Source of the DNA: an uncultured Methanosarcinaceae archaeon | GTDB lineage: Archaea > Halobacteriota > Methanosarcinia > Methanosarcinales > Methanosarcinaceae | NCBI GenBank assembly: GCA_963721455.1 | Contig: CAVRJG010000066.1 | Location: 1-57,637 of the forward strand | DNA: 57,637 nucleotides | Direction of reading: 5' to 3' | Shown: positions 56,375-57,637 of the stretch, in pieces | Layout: each line of letters opens with the position of its first letter | Position numbering within the stretch: position 1 is the first letter of the stretch | The notes under the pieces: generated by a model | The model's database searches: none | What the model was told of the DNA's origin: nothing | Seen by the model: the letters and a program-made list of their open reading frames with translations, nothing else | Made by a program: the position numbers and the translations under genes

Positions 56375-57490
56375 TTGCTCAATATACTGGTAATCGGAAA
56401 CGGGCAATGTGGGAACAGGATTCTTGATTCCATTAACCGGCATGCTCTGGGAGGAGGGAAAAGCTGCGGCAGGCTTGCCAAGTTTTATTCCAGGCAGAAG
56501 TTTAAAAGCCATGTCGAAACTCTCGCACTCAATACTGCTGTTAATGACCTTAAAGAGATGAAATTTACAAAATCGAAGGATAGAATCCATATTGAACACC
56601 TGCATGGAGTTGGTGCGAACCGGAATATCGGGAAGCAGGTCTTTGAGGAGAAAAAAGAGATAATAATGCGGCAGATTGAGGAAAGGGGCAATTTTGATAT
56701 TGCCTTTGTGATAACCTCGGCTTCCGGGGGTACAGGTTCTTCGTTTACTCCTCTTCTCGTAAAAGAAATGAAAAGCCGCTATGATTACCCTGTTTATTGT
56801 ATCGTTGTCCTTCCTTTTAGAGAAGAAGGGACTCTTTATTTGCAAAATAGCGCATTTTCGATCCGGGACATCCGTCAGAGCGGAGCTGACGGGATAATTC
56901 TTGCAGACAACCAGTACCTGAAAAATATCGGAGGAAGCATTCAGGAAGCCTACAATGGCATCAATGATATGATTGCCGAACGCATCCTCTTCCTGCTCGA
57001 TGCCCTTGACAGTGAGATGATGATGGTAACGGACCTGGGGGATTTTAAGACGGTTATGAGCGGGGGTGCAGGCCTTGCAACAATAGGCTTTTTCAGGGCT
57101 GACAGGGAAATATCTATTAAAACCGCAATCCAGAATACCCTTTCCCCAGCAGGTCTTCTCTTTTCCACAGATGTTTATGAAGAGGCAAGCAGAGCAATGA
57201 TCATTATTAAAGGCGACCGAAAATACCTGAACATAGATGATATCTCATCTGAAATCGAAAAGCTATCGGGAGCCATAGGGCATGTATTTAAGGGAATAAT
57301 CGTGCGCAGTGGCGAGTATCCTCAGGTTTTGTCCGTACTTGCCCTGGAGTCAGCCCGTGAAATGGAAAACCTCTACAGCGTAGCCGTCCAGGCAATTCAT
57401 CAGGAGAAAGCAAAAAAGCAGCGAGTAGAACAAGGAGCCGAACTGGATAAAACGTTTTCCCAGATTGAAGGATTAGACCCTGAATATTGA
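56375..57490 (+). CDS. Tubulin/FtsZ superfamily GTPase (CetZ-like)
   Basis: IGNGQCGNRI, HGVGAN, ASGGTGS (variant of GGGTG) and DLGDFKTV motifs. Confidence 0.85.
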   Translation: MLNILVIGNGQCGNRILDSINRHALGGGKSCGRLAKFYSRQKFKSHVETLALNTAVNDLKEMKFTKSKDRIHIEHLHGVGANRNIGKQVFEEKKEIIMRQIEERGNFDIAFVITSASGGTGSSFTPLLVKEMKSRYDYPVYCIVVLPFREEGTLYLQNSAFSIRDIRQSGADGIILADNQYLKNIGGSIQEAYNGINDMIAERILFLLDALDSEMMMVTDLGDFKTVMSGGAGLATIGFFRADREISIKTAIQNTLSPAGLLFSTDVYEEASRAMIIIKGDRKYLNIDDISSEIEKLSGAIGHVFKGIIVRSGEYPQVLSVLALESAREMENLYSVAVQAIHQEKAKKQRVEQGAELDKTFSQIEGLDPEY

Positions 57491-57637
57491 ATTTTGGGCT
57501 TTCCTCCTCTGACATCTCCGGCTCTGAAAGTCAATTTTTGAAAAAGCCCATGCTTCAGGTTCGGATTCCTTTTTTTGAAAAGCAAATTTACTTCTGCAGT
57601 TCAATCCATCTTTCAGAGAAGGTCTTGAGAATAAATA

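Overview
Methanosarcina-type archaeal chromosome segment (genus inferred from gene content and protein sequences). Core genes lie on both flanks: CPBP protease, iorAB and a CooC-like ATPase on the left; pyrF, deoxyhypusine synthase, HARP, archaeal MAT, DGGGP synthase, a PGF-pre-PGF surface protein, nadA/nadX/nadC, queD and a CetZ/FtsZ-like tubulin on the right. They enclose a ~30 kb accessory region (~9.6-39.7 kb) built from two apparent modules. Module 1 is a flippase plus a GT4/GH130/GT4-cupin glycan cluster. Module 2 is a 5'-truncated tRNA-Leu(TAA), a DUF429 nuclease, and a type 1 BREX locus that has no brxA but carries an antisense TPR gene and a Schlafen(AlbA_2)-ATPase-HTH gene, followed by an IS630 and a truncated tyrosine integrase. 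A GTGCCTCA motif family and tRNA-Leu fragments mark the module boundaries. There are three tnpB-only IS200/IS605 elements (one intact, with a rearranged RuvC site), several MITEs and nested mobile ends. Frameshifts cluster in the BREX module and the pglX specificity region is scrambled, which suggests mixed-allele or consensus artefacts or decay.
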